From: Candidatus Poribacteria bacterium
GTDB taxonomy: Bacteria; Poribacteria; WGA-4E; PCPOR2b
Direction of reading: 5' to 3'
NCBI GenBank assembly: GCA_965116925.1
Contig: OZ220744.1
Location: 1,920,001 to 1,984,000 of the forward strand
DNA length: 64,000 nucleotides
Shown here piece after piece: positions 29,817 through 38,926 of this stretch; position 1 is the stretch's first letter, and each line of letters opens with the position of its first letter. The translations under genes and the position numbers were made by a program. The notes beneath the pieces were generated by a model. That model was not told the DNA's origin, did no database searches, and saw nothing but the letters and a program-made list of their open reading frames with translations.

Positions 29817-29873
29817 ACTTTTATAACATTAACAACTATGAAAACAACCTAAGATAGAGGAAAGGGGGATCTG

Positions 29874-30596
29874 ATGGGTAAGCTAGATGATAAGGTTGCC
29901 CTCATCACAGGAGGGAATAAAGGGATTGGTAGAGGTATCGCACGCGGCTTGGCAGAGGAAGGAGCGACCCTTGTATTGGCTGCGCGGGGGGTTGAGGAGT
30001 TGAATCGGGCGGCCGAAGACCTGAGAGAAGGCGGCACGACTGTGCTAGCCGTACCAACCGATGTCACGGACGAGGCACAAATTGAAGCGTTGTTTGAGCG
30101 CACGATGGAAACGTTCAATCGCTTGGATATTCTGGTCAATAATTCGGGGGCGTTCGATGGGGGGGCGCTTGACGAACTTTCGACAGAAGCGTTGGACAAT
30201 GTGCTTTCTGTCAATCTGCGTGCGCCCTTCTTGTGTACGCGTGCAGCGATGCGGATTATGAAGCAACAGGGCGGCGGACGCATTATCAACATCGGCAGTA
30301 TCTCCGCGCAGCGTGTTCGACCGGGAGCAGGACCTTACTGTGCCAGCAAATTTGGTATTTGGGGTTTAACTCAGGTAACAGCCTTGGAGGGGCGTCCACA
30401 CGGAATTGTCGCAAGTTGCTTGCATCCGGGAGCAACGCAAGTTAGAGATTTGCCAGAGGGCGAGGAACGAGCAGACCTGATGCAGGTTGACGAATTGGCT
30501 CAAGCGGCGGTACTTATGGCGACATTACCGCCGCATGTAAATTTTCTTGAGGCAAAGGTTCTGCCTGTGCAGCAGCCCTATCTCGGCCGGGGCTAG
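29874..30596 (+). CDS. Short-chain dehydrogenase/reductase
   Basis: TGGNKGIG, NNSG, YCASK catalytic motif. Confidence 0.92.
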   Translation: MGKLDDKVALITGGNKGIGRGIARGLAEEGATLVLAARGVEELNRAAEDLREGGTTVLAVPTDVTDEAQIEALFERTMETFNRLDILVNNSGAFDGGALDELSTEALDNVLSVNLRAPFLCTRAAMRIMKQQGGGRIINIGSISAQRVRPGAGPYCASKFGIWGLTQVTALEGRPHGIVASCLHPGATQVRDLPEGEERADLMQVDELAQAAVLMATLPPHVNFLEAKVLPVQQPYLGRG

Positions 30597-30663
30597 TAAT
30601 CTGTGGGTATGCAGTGTGAGTCGTTTTTTTGGGGTAGAATAACGGACTTTTTGCGTTGGCTTT

Positions 30664-32133
30664 CTAGCGTTGATCGGATGCAAACTGGAAGGCATAGAGT
30701 TTCATAGCCCGCAGGGCGAAGCGCAGCCGGACGGACTTACCAACTAGTTCACTCAGGTCGTCTTTGCCTTGCCATGTTACAGTTTTACTGACGGTGTTAC
30801 CCACCCCTGGATCTGCCTCTGTGAGCTCAAAGCCGGGCAACGGTTGTCCATCGGCATCCTGAATTTCGACTTGAAGCCAGCCGCCGGCACTGCCGTCAAA
30901 ATTCAGTTCAAGACGATTGCCGCCAAACTGGAGAACCGGCGTGATGAATTGACCGCCACCAAACCCTGCATCGGCCGAGACGAATCCGTCCCGTCGTATA
31001 CGTGCGCGAAAAAGGCTGCTGGAACGTCCAACATCGTCGGGGGCCGCACCGTGGTTATGAGCCATGCCAGCATAGTAGAGCCACAGTTCGTCACCCACAG
31101 GGATAAGCCACGGATTGGCGAAGATCATCCCACTGTGTATGTCGTCCTCCATTCCGTGCCGCAGGAAGGGACAGCGGTTACCCTGATGCCGCCAGCGTAT
31201 TCCATCGCGGCTGGTCAATAGCTGTGTATCCATGGTCGCAGGAAACCCCCTCTCTCCCCAGTGGTAGTAGACTGATGGAAACATCAGATACACATCTTGG
31301 GCACTTTCATATTTCATGGCGCAACTGGTGTAGTAGTCGATGCTTGGGCGTTGGTCGTCGAACTTTGAAGGCACGGGGATAGCGAGGTCCTCTTCATCTG
31401 CCTCCAGAACGATCTGGGTACTCGACCAAGTGCGGAAATCAGGCGAGGTAATGCGGCCGATGCTCCGGTAAGCGACTTTGCCGGCTAGCGCAGCTTCGTC
31501 GGAGCTTTGAGTCTCTCTAACCCGTGTGTAGCCGACGTAGCATTTGAAGGTCTCGTCCCAGAAAAACATGTTCTGAGTATCGCACGACTGGTTGGGCGGG
31601 TTAGGCTGATTGGGGTACGCTTGCCAGTGGATTCCGTTGGGCGAATGCATTGCCCAGAGTCCGCTGCGTGTCCCTTCAGCGATCTGTGAGTCAGTGGGAC
31701 GAAATTTGCTCCACAGCTTGTAGCGTTCATCGGCAGGGGCGTGCTCGTCACGGTATACGGTGGCACCCTGCATACTTTGGCGTTCGAGGTGGGGGGCAAC
31801 GATGTTATTTTCGGTAGAGCCACGAAAGGGAACAAGACCGAGGGACGGTTTTTCCCAGTGGAGACCATCCTCTGACTCAGCATAACAGAGCCGCCGGGCA
31901 CTCTCTTGAGGCGTCCCAACGTCGAGAAGCGCATCGTACCAGAGGCGGAATCTGCCATCGGGTTCACGGAAGGCAGTGCTGTAGGCACCTATGCCCTTCT
32001 CCTCCCAAGGTTGATCTGCTATGAGCACGGGGTCGGGATCCTGCACGGGTGGGTTCATACGCAGCTCGATGCCCTCCGAGCTTTGAAAGAAGCGTTTGTC
32101 AATAAAGAGTTGCTTGTGGATTCCAATGTCCAT
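30664..32133 (-). CDS. Hypothetical five-bladed beta-propeller protein (GH32/GH43-like clan) with C-terminal beta-sandwich
   Basis: QLFID, AESEDGLHWEKP, SPNGIHW, DTQN, SRDGIRW, RRDGFVS, KLYAFQF. Activity unknown. Confidence 0.7.
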   Translation of the reverse strand: MDIGIHKQLFIDKRFFQSSEGIELRMNPPVQDPDPVLIADQPWEEKGIGAYSTAFREPDGRFRLWYDALLDVGTPQESARRLCYAESEDGLHWEKPSLGLVPFRGSTENNIVAPHLERQSMQGATVYRDEHAPADERYKLWSKFRPTDSQIAEGTRSGLWAMHSPNGIHWQAYPNQPNPPNQSCDTQNMFFWDETFKCYVGYTRVRETQSSDEAALAGKVAYRSIGRITSPDFRTWSSTQIVLEADEEDLAIPVPSKFDDQRPSIDYYTSCAMKYESAQDVYLMFPSVYYHWGERGFPATMDTQLLTSRDGIRWRHQGNRCPFLRHGMEDDIHSGMIFANPWLIPVGDELWLYYAGMAHNHGAAPDDVGRSSSLFRARIRRDGFVSADAGFGGGQFITPVLQFGGNRLELNFDGSAGGWLQVEIQDADGQPLPGFELTEADPGVGNTVSKTVTWQGKDDLSELVGKSVRLRFALRAMKLYAFQFASDQR

Positions 32134-32144
32134 GGAGGCTATCC

Positions 32145-33434
32145 TTACAGCTCTTTAGCCACAGCTGCAACGGCTGCAATGGTTTCGTCAATCACCGCGT
32201 CATCGTGGACGGTGGAGAGGAACCAAGCACCACGTTCGAGCGCACGGACGCCGTGAGAAAGCAGATCGGTCGTGAAATTGACATAACGCGCTTTGTCTGC
32301 CGCTAAGGAATCGCGATAGTTAGAGAAGGGTGAACTGGCACCCAAAGCGACATGGAAGATTTGAGGGAAACCTTGTACCTGCGCTTCGACATTGGCATCA
32401 GCGAGGGCATCTTTTATGCCGGTCATCAGTTTCTTACCCTGTTTTTCGAGGAGGCTAGAGGTCCCCGGTTTGTTCAGTTCGCTTAGTGTTGCAACGACAG
32501 CTGCCATAGCTGCCGGTAATGCGTTGTAACTGCCGCCGTGCAAGACACCGCCGGTTGCCATCTGATCCATCAGATCCGCGCGTCCAGCAAACGCTGATAC
32601 TGGAAAACCGTTGGCGATCGCTTTGCCAAAGGTCGCTAGGTCAGGCGTAACGCCAAAATACTGTTGTGCGCCACCGGGCGCTAGCCGGAAACCGGTGATA
32701 ATTTCATCGAAGATAAGAATGGTTTCTGTGTCAGTGCAGACTTTGCGTACCGCCTCCAGATAGCCTTTTACGGGCGCAATCGCGCTGGTATTGCACATCG
32801 CTGGTTCCATAATGACCGCTGCCACATCACCCCGTCTCAAACGAGCCTCCAATATAGAGAGATTATTCCAAGGAAGTACTTCGGTGTGTTGACCGGCGGG
32901 TAGATCCTGTCCGGCACTCGCAGGAATTGGCGTCGGCGAGGTGTCGGGCCCGAACTGATCCGGTGTAGGGGCGATGCTCCAAAGCACATTGTCGAGCCAA
33001 CCGTGATAGTGTCCCTCGAACTTAACAATGATCGAACGTCCCGTGGCAGCGCGAGCCACTCGCAGGGCAGCCTGAACGACCTCACTTCCCGCGCAGTTAA
33101 AGCGCACCATCTCCGCACAAGGAACAATTTCACAAAACAGGCGTGCTGCTTCAAACTCGATCTCGCTCTGACCAGCATATAGGATCCCGTATCTGAGCTG
33201 CTCTGTTACCGCTTTGAGCACCGGTTCGGGATTGTGTCCTAGGATCATGGGCCCCATCCCCAGATAGTAATCGATAAGTCTGTTGCCATCGACATCGTAC
33301 AGGTAGGGACCTTCTGCGCGTTCAAAAACAAGTGGCGTTGGGGAGATACCCATCCGAAAGTTGCTATTGACGCCTCCGGGTAGATGTTTTGCAAAATTAG
33401 CTAGACGCTTCTTAGATTGATCAAATCTTTTCAT
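32145..33434 (-). CDS. Aminotransferase class III (glutamate-1-semialdehyde aminomutase-like)
   Basis: GGVNSNFR, KFEGHYHG, FDEIITGFR, TFGKAIANGFP. Not necessarily true HemL. Confidence 0.88.
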   Translation of the reverse strand: MKRFDQSKKRLANFAKHLPGGVNSNFRMGISPTPLVFERAEGPYLYDVDGNRLIDYYLGMGPMILGHNPEPVLKAVTEQLRYGILYAGQSEIEFEAARLFCEIVPCAEMVRFNCAGSEVVQAALRVARAATGRSIIVKFEGHYHGWLDNVLWSIAPTPDQFGPDTSPTPIPASAGQDLPAGQHTEVLPWNNLSILEARLRRGDVAAVIMEPAMCNTSAIAPVKGYLEAVRKVCTDTETILIFDEIITGFRLAPGGAQQYFGVTPDLATFGKAIANGFPVSAFAGRADLMDQMATGGVLHGGSYNALPAAMAAVVATLSELNKPGTSSLLEKQGKKLMTGIKDALADANVEAQVQGFPQIFHVALGASSPFSNYRDSLAADKARYVNFTTDLLSHGVRALERGAWFLSTVHDDAVIDETIAAVAAVAKEL

Positions 33435-33444
33435 AGTCAGTCCT

Positions 33445-34362
33445 TTAGCGGGTGAGGGCGTATGTGACAACATTCATCCCCTGCTCAAATGCCCACCGCC
33501 GCTGTTCCTCACCCCCCGGCTCGCACACCCTTCCTTCCCACGCGCAATTGAGATCACTTGGACAGAAGTAGACAGTGATCCGATCATCAATCATGATTGC
33601 TTCGTCGAAATCTCCATGAGGTGTGACTAATTTGTCGCCGCCGAGATATTCATCGTGGTCATAGATGGTATGATAGATTGGGTGGCTCATATCAAGTCGT
33701 TCAAACTTTTTATCTGGAAAAACCTGTTGCATCAGGCGATACACCGCAGGGCGCATCCGGTCGATGCGGATATCACAATCTTCGACGTGGAGGAAACCGC
33801 CGCGCTCCAAATATTCCCGTAATTTTCGGATATCCTCCTCTGAAAAACGGACGCCCAAGTGCCCTGTCATAAAAATAAAGGGATAGCTGCAGAGGCAATC
33901 GATGTCATCCTCTTCGATTGAGACGTATTGTGGATTCTCGTGGAGCTCAACATCAACGGAGGTGTATCTTGCTAGCATCTCTGTAAACTTTGTATCAGCG
34001 GGCCAACGGTAGTAGTTCACTGCGTTTGTGAACCAATCTCCGCCCGGATATTTGAGTCGGACAAAGACAAACTTCTCACCGATTGATTCTGGCGACGGGT
34101 GGTGATGTTCAATCCAGCCGAAATGATGGCCATAGTGTGCGTCGCGTGAGGCATCGTATGGGATGTATTCCCTAAAAGGAACCGCTTGACACCAACCGGC
34201 AAACTGATCCATGGCGAAGGCTGATGCTGCGATTCCTGTTGCACCCTTGAGAAACGCTCGACGCGACAAATGCGAAGGAGATGGGCGCAGTGGCTCTTGT
34301 CCTTGGAGATGGATCGGTTCGCCTGTGAATATAGCGCGATTTTTCTTATTGCTAGAGTCCAC
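33445..34362 (-). CDS. DUF4159-domain protein with twin-arginine (Tat) signal
   Basis: SRRAFLK, YPFIFMTGH, LREYLERGGFL, GMNVVTYALT. Confidence 0.8.
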   Translation of the reverse strand: MDSSNKKNRAIFTGEPIHLQGQEPLRPSPSHLSRRAFLKGATGIAASAFAMDQFAGWCQAVPFREYIPYDASRDAHYGHHFGWIEHHHPSPESIGEKFVFVRLKYPGGDWFTNAVNYYRWPADTKFTEMLARYTSVDVELHENPQYVSIEEDDIDCLCSYPFIFMTGHLGVRFSEEDIRKLREYLERGGFLHVEDCDIRIDRMRPAVYRLMQQVFPDKKFERLDMSHPIYHTIYDHDEYLGGDKLVTPHGDFDEAIMIDDRITVYFCPSDLNCAWEGRVCEPGGEEQRRWAFEQGMNVVTYALTR

Positions 34363-34396
34363 GGATATATCCTCCCAAGTTGAGACCGGTGCTATC

Positions 34397-35338
34397 TCAA
34401 CACCAGCGACCCTTGTCTACTATATTCCTTACTGGCTCGCTAGCGACGAATCGGCGAAGGTTTGCCGTTACGACTTCAATGCGGCGTTCTGCTGTATGGG
34501 GTCCCGATCCCGCAGTATGCGGCGTGATAATCACATTCTCCATACCCCAGAGCGGGTGGTCGGCGGGAAGTGGTTCGGTTTCAAACACATCAAGTCCTGC
34601 GCCGGCGATTTCACCCGCTTCTAGCGCAGCAGTCAAAGCAGCTAGATCTACGACAACCCCACGCGAGATATTGATGAGATACCCAGTTCTTTTCATCTGC
34701 TTGAATTGATCGGTATTAAGCAGTTTGAAGGTCTCTGGTGTATGAGGCACACAACTGACGACAAAATCGGCTTCCCCTAGGAGGTCGTCCAGCCGGTCGA
34801 TGCCCCATAACGCATCAACAAAATCATGCTTCTCAATCTCCACCGCATTGGTTGCTATGACACGCATCTCCGCTGCTGCGCCGCGTTTTGCCACCGCTGT
34901 CCCAATCCCCCCAAGCCCGATGACTCCAAGCGTTTTGTCCGCAAGATGGATGACCGGGACATCTTTTGCCCAGTTCCGTTCCAGCTGCCTTCTCAGAAAG
35001 ATATGAAAGCCACGCGCAAACATCAGGATGTATCCCATCACATGGTCTGCGATGTTGTCACTGTAGATACCCTGCATGTTGGACAGCGTAATATCACTTT
35101 CTGCCAGTGCCGGGAACATATAGTGTTCGAGTCCTGCCATCGGGGTCTGGATCCAGCACAGTTTTTTCGCCCGCGCTAACAGGTCCGGGGTGATTCGACC
35201 GTACATGGCATCAATTTTGGGGATGATTTCAAGGGCTTGATCTTCGCTTTCAACGTTCTGGATTTCAACTTCACTCGAAACGGATTGGATCGCTCGCAGC
35301 TCATCTTCACCAACTGCGGGATAAATTAGGAATTTCAT
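34397..35338 (-). CDS. D-2-hydroxyacid dehydrogenase
   Basis: GLGGIG, INISRG, GLDVFETEPL, TPHTAG. Confidence 0.92.
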   Translation of the reverse strand: MKFLIYPAVGEDELRAIQSVSSEVEIQNVESEDQALEIIPKIDAMYGRITPDLLARAKKLCWIQTPMAGLEHYMFPALAESDITLSNMQGIYSDNIADHVMGYILMFARGFHIFLRRQLERNWAKDVPVIHLADKTLGVIGLGGIGTAVAKRGAAAEMRVIATNAVEIEKHDFVDALWGIDRLDDLLGEADFVVSCVPHTPETFKLLNTDQFKQMKRTGYLINISRGVVVDLAALTAALEAGEIAGAGLDVFETEPLPADHPLWGMENVIITPHTAGSGPHTAERRIEVVTANLRRFVASEPVRNIVDKGRWC

Positions 35339-35488
35339 CAAATATCACCATATCTATTGTCTTAAATTATGCGAGAATTTATGTTGATAGTACGCTTACA
35401 TAATAGTATAGCATTTCACCGCTACTCTGTAAAGGACAAGAGGGAATTTTCTCATTACTACTGCTTGGTCTGTGCTGTGATTTTTTGC

Positions 35489-35517
35489 TTGATCTTCGCT
35501 TTTCTTTCACTTATAAT
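35489..35517 (+). promoter_or_regulatory. Putative sigma70 promoter for the GTPase gene
   Basis: TTGATC-N17-TATAAT about 90 nt upstream of ATG 35608. Confidence 0.5.
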
Positions 35518-35607
35518 CTTTTCTGATTATGAGGCATGAGCATACTTTCACAAACAGAAAAGCGTTAATATCAGAATCTGAAATTTTCGACACTTACGGA
35601 GACGATT

Positions 35608-36603
35608 ATGCCAGCAAATCTCCCTCCCGAATACTACAAACTCAAGCATGAACTTGAAGCGGCACGGACTGATGAAGAACGACTCCAGTTGTTGGAGGAG
35701 ATGACGCGAATCACGCCCAAGCATAAAGGCACAGAAAAGGTTCGCGCAGATCTCCGGTCTCGGATTGCAAAGTTGAGAAAATCCGCCGGGAAGAAGCAGT
35801 CGAAGAGAGGGCACAGCTATCATGTCCCCAAACAGGGCGCGGGTCAACTCGTACTAATTGGCACCCCTAATGTCGGTAAGTCGCAGATTATTGCTAGCTT
35901 TACGAAGGCGAAACCGGCTGTTTCTCCAACGCCGTATACGACCCAAGAGCCTAGCGTCGGGATGTTGGCTTATGAGAACATCCAATTCCAGTTGGTTGAC
36001 ACACCGCCAATCACACAGGACTTCGTACAGCCGTGGGTATTCGACCTTGTAAGAAACGCGGATCTCGTTCTACTCGTCGTTAGCCTTGCCAGTGATGAAA
36101 TCCTGGATCAGGTTGAAATCGTTAAATTGAGGTTGACCGAAGCCAAGATTCAAATTGCGGGAATTGAGAAACCGTTAGACGACGCGGAGGAAGAATTTAG
36201 CGCGAATTTCACGAAAACAGTCCTGCTTATTGCCAACCAAGCGGATGAAGCGGGGGCTGCGGATCGGTTAGAGATATTGCGCGAATTTTATTCTGAGGAT
36301 TTCCAGATCTACCCGCTTTCTGCTATCACCGGTGAAGGGCTTGATCAGTTGCAAGAAGTGGTGTATAAGCAGCTTGGGATCTTCCGCGTTTACACGAAAT
36401 CCCCAGCCAAGCCCATTGATTATGAAGATCCGATCGTGCTTCCGAATGGCAGCAAGGTTATTGAAGCGGCGATGGCACTGCACAAAGAGTTCGCTCAAGA
36501 TTTCAAGTCGGCACGAATTTGGGGTACTAACTGGTATGACGGACAGACTGTTAGCCGCGATGATGTGGTTTACGATGGGGATGTGCTGGAGTTTCATGTG
36601 TGA
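35608..36603 (+). CDS. DRG/OBG-family GTPase with C-terminal TGS domain
   Basis: MPANLPP, PKHKGTEK, G1 GTPNVGKS, G2 PYTT, DTPP, RVYTK, TGS ending DGDVLEFH. Confidence 0.88.
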   Translation: MPANLPPEYYKLKHELEAARTDEERLQLLEEMTRITPKHKGTEKVRADLRSRIAKLRKSAGKKQSKRGHSYHVPKQGAGQLVLIGTPNVGKSQIIASFTKAKPAVSPTPYTTQEPSVGMLAYENIQFQLVDTPPITQDFVQPWVFDLVRNADLVLLVVSLASDEILDQVEIVKLRLTEAKIQIAGIEKPLDDAEEEFSANFTKTVLLIANQADEAGAADRLEILREFYSEDFQIYPLSAITGEGLDQLQEVVYKQLGIFRVYTKSPAKPIDYEDPIVLPNGSKVIEAAMALHKEFAQDFKSARIWGTNWYDGQTVSRDDVVYDGDVLEFHV

Positions 36604-36668
36604 TTGAGTCGAGAAAACTCACTTGCTTTACAAGCGTGAATAATTGATTAACATATAATAAGTATTTA

Positions 36669-36677
36669 TGGTATAAT
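36669..36677 (+). promoter_or_regulatory. Extended -10 promoter of the AT-rich islet
   Basis: TGGTATAAT about 35 nt upstream of GTG 36711, AGGAG RBS. Confidence 0.5.
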
Positions 36678-36710
36678 ACTTAGACTACTAACCTAGTAGG
36701 AGAAAACTTT

Positions 36711-37105
36711 GTGCAGTGGCCTGATTACTTTCCAGATGACTGCCCACCTCAAGACGCACAGCCAGCAACAGGTGATGTTTATCGTTTAGTCAAACAGAAT
36801 CCGCCAGAATCAAAGGATTTTATACCTCTCCGCGAAAAAAAAACTGGTGAAGATTTTGGTGAGAAAGAATGTCAAGCTTGTGGTCTTTCAGTTTTTAGAA
36901 ATGTTGAAGATGCTATACGAGTAAAGAACAGGCTCGTGGGATGGAAAAACGGCTTGTATCAAAAGGAACATTAAGTCCTCATCTTGGTAGAATCCAGAAT
37001 ACGCCTAGTAAAATGCTTGGAAAATCACATCATACTTGGTGGGCCCCAACTGAAGTGCAGCCTTGGAGTGTTTTCCGTGTTGTTCAAATTCCACAGGAGG
37101 GTTGA
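36711..37105 (+). pseudogene. Frameshifted about 131-aa protein, ADP-ribosyltransferase-fold toxin candidate
   Basis: Frame 0 reads MQWPDYFPDDCPP..VYRLV..ACGLSVF. The -1 frame (open 36908-37105) continues ARGMEKRLVSKGTLSPHLGRIQNTPSKMLGKSHHTWW..QEG* and its TGA overlaps the next ATG. Confidence 0.65.
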
Positions 37106-37785
37106 TGATGGGCTATCTTCCACAATCGACACACTTGGGTAAGCTTGAGTTAATCGAAGTATACGAGTTTTATGATCAGCCAATTCTTTTTTCTTGTAGA
37201 AATGCTTCGGATGCTATATTTATGGGGGTTTTTGCAGCTGAAGACGATAATTTTGAGACTTGGCTTTATGCTGGGGTATCTCCCCATCGTTTTAACCAAA
37301 TTCGTTCTGGAGCGATTGATCTGCACGATGCCTTTTCTGAAGTTGAAGACGGCATAATTTTTCAGATTAAAGTGCCTCATGATGGACAGATGCCAGTATC
37401 AATGCCTATCTCTGCAGCCCAAATTCCAGACGATATGTTGCCCTTACCCGGTGAATTCATAAATCTTGAGCCGACTTTGTCCGAATTGGACGAAGATTTA
37501 AAATGGAAATCCCTCCAAAAGCAGTTTAGAGATTTTTCAGAACCAGAACATGATGTTACTGGAACATTAATAGGAGTGTTTACCGATACTAGGACATTTG
37601 GAATTAAAGCGCAAGACGGTACTATATATAAGGGCAAAATAATGGATGAGGCCTTTGATGCTGCGAGTAATGCTACTATTAGTGATAGATATATTGCGAC
37701 TATCCGAGAAGTTACTTCCATTCAACCGGTAGCACAGGAAACGAAAACAGAATACCATTTAGTAGATTTACAGCCAACCCAATAA
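37105..37785 (+). CDS. DUF6575-like protein with C-terminal beta-rich (OB-like) domain
   Basis: AGGAGG RBS, TGATG coupling. LGKLELIEVYEFYDQPILFSC..WLYAGVS..IRSGAIDLHDAF resembles DUF6575 as I recall it, not searched. Confidence 0.6.
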   Translation: MMGYLPQSTHLGKLELIEVYEFYDQPILFSCRNASDAIFMGVFAAEDDNFETWLYAGVSPHRFNQIRSGAIDLHDAFSEVEDGIIFQIKVPHDGQMPVSMPISAAQIPDDMLPLPGEFINLEPTLSELDEDLKWKSLQKQFRDFSEPEHDVTGTLIGVFTDTRTFGIKAQDGTIYKGKIMDEAFDAASNATISDRYIATIREVTSIQPVAQETKTEYHLVDLQPTQ

Positions 37786-37834
37786 ATACACCTTACTCAA
37801 AACTCTGTTTTAGCATCTAACCTTATAACATATC

Positions 37835-38926
37835 TTGGATTTCAAAGAGATTACACTATTCCGTAAAAACCTGCTTGTGTGGTTTGAAGCCCACCGCCGG
37901 CAACTTCCTTGGCGCGAAACGGAGGATCCCTATCGTATCTGGGTTTCGGAGGTGATGCTCCAGCAAACGCAGGTCAAAAAAGTTCTAGAGTATTATCAGA
38001 AGTTTGTGAGCAGCTTTCCCGATGTGGAGGGTCTGGCGCGGGCTGAGCTGCAAGATCTGCTGAAAGCTTGGGAGGGATTGGGATACTATGCCAGGGCACG
38101 GAATCTCCACAAAGCCGCTCAAGTAGTCGTACAAGAGTTAGGGAGTGAGATACCTGCGGATTATGCTGTATTCCGCAAGCTACCCGGTGTAGGGGACTAC
38201 ATCGCCGCCGCGGTGCAAAGCATTGCGTTTAACCGTCCCTATGCCGTTGTGGATGGGAACGTTAAACGGGTCCTTGCACGACTGTTTCTAATTGAGACAC
38301 CTATTAATCAATCTGCTTCGACAAAGATTTTTCAGGAAAAGGCAGATCTATTGCTAGACCACACCGCGCCGGGGATTTTTAATCAGGCGATGATGGAATT
38401 GGGTGCAACCGTTTGTCGGCCGCAATCACCGACCTGTATCGTTTGTCCGGTGAATACGGTTTGTCGCGCATTTCAGACCGCTCGACAAGAAGAATTTCCG
38501 ATTCGACAGAAATCGAAACCCCTTCCGGAGTATCATATTGTCGCAGGGGTTATCCGCAAAGGAGATCAGATTTTAATCACCCAACGTAAACCGGAAGGGT
38601 TACTTGGCGGGTTGTGGGAGTTTCCCAGCGGAAAGATTCAGGTGAAAGAAACTGCTGAACAGGCATGTGTTCGTGCAATCCGAGAAGAGACAAACCTGCT
38701 CGTTGAACCAATCGAATATCTGACCCGCGTTAAACACGCCTATACGCACTTTAAGATTACAATGGACGTTTTTCATTGTCATTATCGATCCGGCGAAGTC
38801 CTCCTGAACGATGCGGTGGATTATCGCTGGATTACCGTTGATCAGATTGATCAATTTCCGTTTCCACGTTCCAACCACAAATTTATTCCCCTGTTGACAC
38901 AGGGGGTGGAGGAGATTAATGAGTAA
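37835..38926 (+). CDS. mutY: A/G-specific adenine DNA glycosylase
   Basis: RQLPWR, VSEVMLQQTQV, WEGLGYYARARNL, LPGVG, VDGNV, 4Fe-4S Cx6Cx2Cx5C, Nudix-like C-terminus. Confidence 0.97.
   Translation: MDFKEITLFRKNLLVWFEAHRRQLPWRETEDPYRIWVSEVMLQQTQVKKVLEYYQKFVSSFPDVEGLARAELQDLLKAWEGLGYYARARNLHKAAQVVVQELGSEIPADYAVFRKLPGVGDYIAAAVQSIAFNRPYAVVDGNVKRVLARLFLIETPINQSASTKIFQEKADLLLDHTAPGIFNQAMMELGATVCRPQSPTCIVCPVNTVCRAFQTARQEEFPIRQKSKPLPEYHIVAGVIRKGDQILITQRKPEGLLGGLWEFPSGKIQVKETAEQACVRAIREETNLLVEPIEYLTRVKHAYTHFKITMDVFHCHYRSGEVLLNDAVDYRWITVDQIDQFPFPRSNHKFIPLLTQGVEEINE

Noticed and set aside
32145..33434. hemL assignment
   Set aside because: Class III motifs are present but GSAM-typical residues differ (NCAGSE instead of NSGTE) and the context is catabolic, so left as GSAM-like.
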